Source: Camelus dromedarius (Eukaryota). Taken from it: DNA of 64,000 nt. Position numbers and translations under genes: made by a program. Of this stretch, positions 61,135 to 64,000 are shown piece after piece. How positions within the stretch are numbered: the stretch's first letter is position 1; each line of letters opens with the position of its first letter. The DNA lies in the NCBI RefSeq assembly GCF_036321535.1, contig NC_087436.1, positions 4,030,001 through 4,094,000 on the forward strand, given 5' to 3'. Under the pieces are notes generated by a model that was given only the letters and a program-made list of their open reading frames with translations, had not been told where the DNA came from and did no database searches.

Positions 61135-62999
61135 TTATCTCCCCACCCCCCTCCTCCCCTTCGTCTCTGGATCCTCAGTCCAGGGAAGCCAAACCATCCT
61201 TGTCTTCATCGGTTCTGGGAAAGCAATCTTCAGAGTGGGAAGGAAAACATTGAAAAGTAATATTCTGTGTGTTGCTTTCTACCCTTGCCCAGAGAGTGAG
61301 AATCACCTCTGAAGGTGGAGGAAGAAAGTTGGAGGTGTGGGGCACAAAGTCTTTTGTCCTTTTGCTACTGAAAAAATGATTGCTTTTGTAATTAGTGATG
61401 ATGCCCCTTAAATTGGTGAGATCGAGATTCTACAGCTTCAGCGCCTCTGAATAACCAGCCGGGAGAAAGCTCTCCAGGGCCCCTGCAGTGGGAAAGGCAG
61501 CCCCTCTGAGCACCTGTTGTTCTGTATTCTTCCTGACTCCACATGGGTTCGCTACGCACCGTGCAGGACGATGCAGTTACCCGAGGTGGAGGACGGGGAG
61601 ACCCCTGCTGGGTGGAGAGCCACAGGAGCCCACATTTGAAGGACAAAGTGAAGAGTAGTGGGGCGGGCATAGGAAGAGAGGATGGTTGAGACCCAGGATG
61701 GTGTCCTGGAGTCCAGCAGGCGAGGCTGGCGGGGCAGATGGGGCCCTGGGGCATGGGCAGTCCTTGAGGGATCTGAAGCAAAGATATGAACCAAGAGACT
61801 GGATTCGTGTGGGCGTACAGCGCCCCCTGGAGGCCGCGGGGCAGTGCAGCAAGCCCAGGAGGAGCAGGCAGTTCCCCAGAGTTGGGTTGACTGGTCACAA
61901 CCAATTCACTGGGGACCGAGAGGTACCGAGATATTGTTAACTTTTTGTCCCTCTTCCTGGAAAAAAAGCTGCTTCCTGTTGAATAGCCTGTGTCGTTAGA
62001 GAGAATTAAAGACATGAAGCAACATTTCCTCAAAAGTCATCCATTGTGTAGTTGTTAATAAGGGTCAAATGCAGACTTGAATAGACTAAATCAAACATTC
62101 ATCATCGGATTTTAAAATCCTTTAAAATAAAAATTCTTGCTGTCTTTGTTCTTCATTTCAGGGTTCACTTGGTGATAATAATAGTAACCAAAGCAATAGC
62201 AAACCCTTACAGAACTCTGTCCTGCTGTTCCAGGAACTCTGTGTTCACGACAACCCAATGAGGTGACACTTTACAGGAAGGACAGTCATTAATCACACAG
62301 CTAGTAAATGCAGAGCTGGGACTTGAACCCAAGCTGTCTGGCCCCAGAGCCCCCTCTCAGGCCCTTCACTGCAGCTCATCACTTGGCATGCCCGACACAG
62401 GCCAGCATTAAGGAGCAGCATGACCTTGGCCAAGGCTGTTTCACCGCTTGGTCTCTGTTTCCTCATCTGTAGAATGGGGGTGTGGGCAGTGAATTCTGTG
62501 AGCTCAGTGGTCACTTCCTCCAGCTCTGCTATAGTATTGCTTTAAGTTAATTTAGTAAGTATCTGAGACTCTGAATGGGCCACCCTGGCTCTTTGCTAGG
62601 ACCTGGGTTATGGAGAAAAGTAAGATCAGCCTGCTTCTCCAAGGAGCCTGTGTCCCTCCACGGGAAGCAGCTGCGAGGCCCAGGCTCCCTCGCTGGCGGT
62701 CGGGGGCTGGGCAGGGAAGTCTGATAGAAGATGGAGGCAGAGCCCTTCCGAGAACAGTGTTGGCCACACAGCTCTCAGGAACGGGAGCGTCTGTCCAGGC
62801 TGCTGAGAGGGGGGTCCTCGTGAGGCCAGCAGCCCCCCTCCCCCAAATTAAGCCCTCAGGACAAAGATCCAGCCATCCCTGCAGTGTCACCATAGAGCCA
62901 GTCCATCCTCATCACTGTGCCCCTGTGCTCCTTTGTCCTGGGGCCTCTCTTCCCCCTACACCCAGAATACTCTTCTCCCTCTCTTCTCTGAGTGTCCCC

Positions 63000-63960
63000 T
63001 CACTTCACCCGTGGTCCCTGCTTCCTGGGCCACCATCACTGGAGTTGACGCTTTGCACCTTCACACCCCCCGTTTGATCAGGAGCCTGGGTTGGCCTCCT
63101 TGTGCTCACTTTCCACCTTCAGATGATTGCTCCTCCTCTCTTGGGAGCACCTGGAAAACCCAGATCCATTCCTAGCAGTGCCTGCCACCCTGGCCTCCCT
63201 GCTCATCTGCCACAGTCAGGAGCACCTGGACCACCAGCTCTGTATTGCCTCGCCTCCTACCATTAAGACGTCAAAGTTGATTCTCCCTCCACCACCCAGT
63301 ATGTTCATTTTAGGGTCTTCTTCCCTGTCTGCCTGAGCCAGCCACCCCCCATTCACCCTACCCCCGGGCTCATACCCGGGCGTGTCTCCACCCCAGGTCC
63401 AGCCTCTCTCCTTTAAGTGCCCACCTCTAGCCATCCAGCTGCTTCTCCACCAGCCTCCTTGGCCCTCATTCACCCTCACTAAGGCATCATGCACTGACTC
63501 CTCTGCTTTCCTGCCTGTCCACGTTCCTCTTACTTCCACTTCCCCACCTTCCAGCTCTGCATCCACAGTCAGCACTCTCTTTATGACAAACAAAACCCCC
63601 TTGAGCCTTGACCTTTTCAGTTCCTCACCAGGCCAACTTCCATCTCGGTTCACCCAGCTCTATTTGTTCTGAGCCTGCAGGCAGCAGGCTCTCCCAGCAC
63701 AGGTTTCTAAGACTACAAATCAATGCCCACCGTGTTGCCACTGCCAGGCAATCCTCCAGGATTTCTCTAGTGAGCACATTTCCCCACTTATCACTCAGTG
63801 GTGTCAACATTCTCTGCTCTCTGCACACCTCTAACCTTCCCTCTGTCTCTTCCCTGACTCCCAGCAGATGGCCTTGCCTCCTGCTTCAGAGAGAATGACA
63901 TGTCACTGGAAAGGAACTCGCTCACCTGCAGCAAATCTGCTCACCTCACCTTTTATCTGT
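63000..63960 (-). mobile_element. Ancient L2 fragment (approximate bounds; similar plus-strand L2 remnants at about 48720-49700 and 50230-51200)
   Basis: Pyrimidine-rich degenerate sequence typical of reverse L2; recognised by pattern only. Confidence 0.45.
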
Positions 63961-64000
63961 CCCTCTCCCACCTGGACTCTAGCTGTAGTTGTTCTTAATT

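Noticed and set aside
61392..62033. 213-aa minus-strand ORF
   Set aside because: Low-complexity, GC-driven ORF with a non-ATG start and no recognisable domain.

Overview
Mammalian genomic DNA, probably camelid (inferred from three tRNA-derived Vic-1-type SINEs). I recognise no intact host gene. The window is a mosaic of unprocessed, intron-containing fragments of genes that are unlinked in human: TRAPPC9 (promoter and exons 2-3, minus strand), the MRAP2 terminal exon (minus) and POFUT2 (promoter and exons 1-2, plus). All three are disabled. They are interleaved with a CpG-rich ~160-bp tandem array, a ~241-bp satellite-like relic and ordinary L1/L2/MIR/LTR debris. The main feature is a 6244-bp ERV-S-type (class III) provirus at 4946-11189 (minus strand). 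It has a 5-bp CTGAG target-site duplication, a tRNA-Ser primer-binding site, a YIDD reverse transcriptase and a gamma-type env. Its LTRs differ by one substitution and one 45-bp repeat unit, although gag, pol and env are all disrupted. The 5' LTR encodes two overlapping reading frames. The first AUG opens a 44-aa hydrophobic leader that stops at the splice donor in unspliced RNA but joins env in frame after splicing; env has no signal peptide of its own. The second AUG opens Gag and reads through the primer-binding site. Gene and repeat names come from recall of known sequences, not from database searches.
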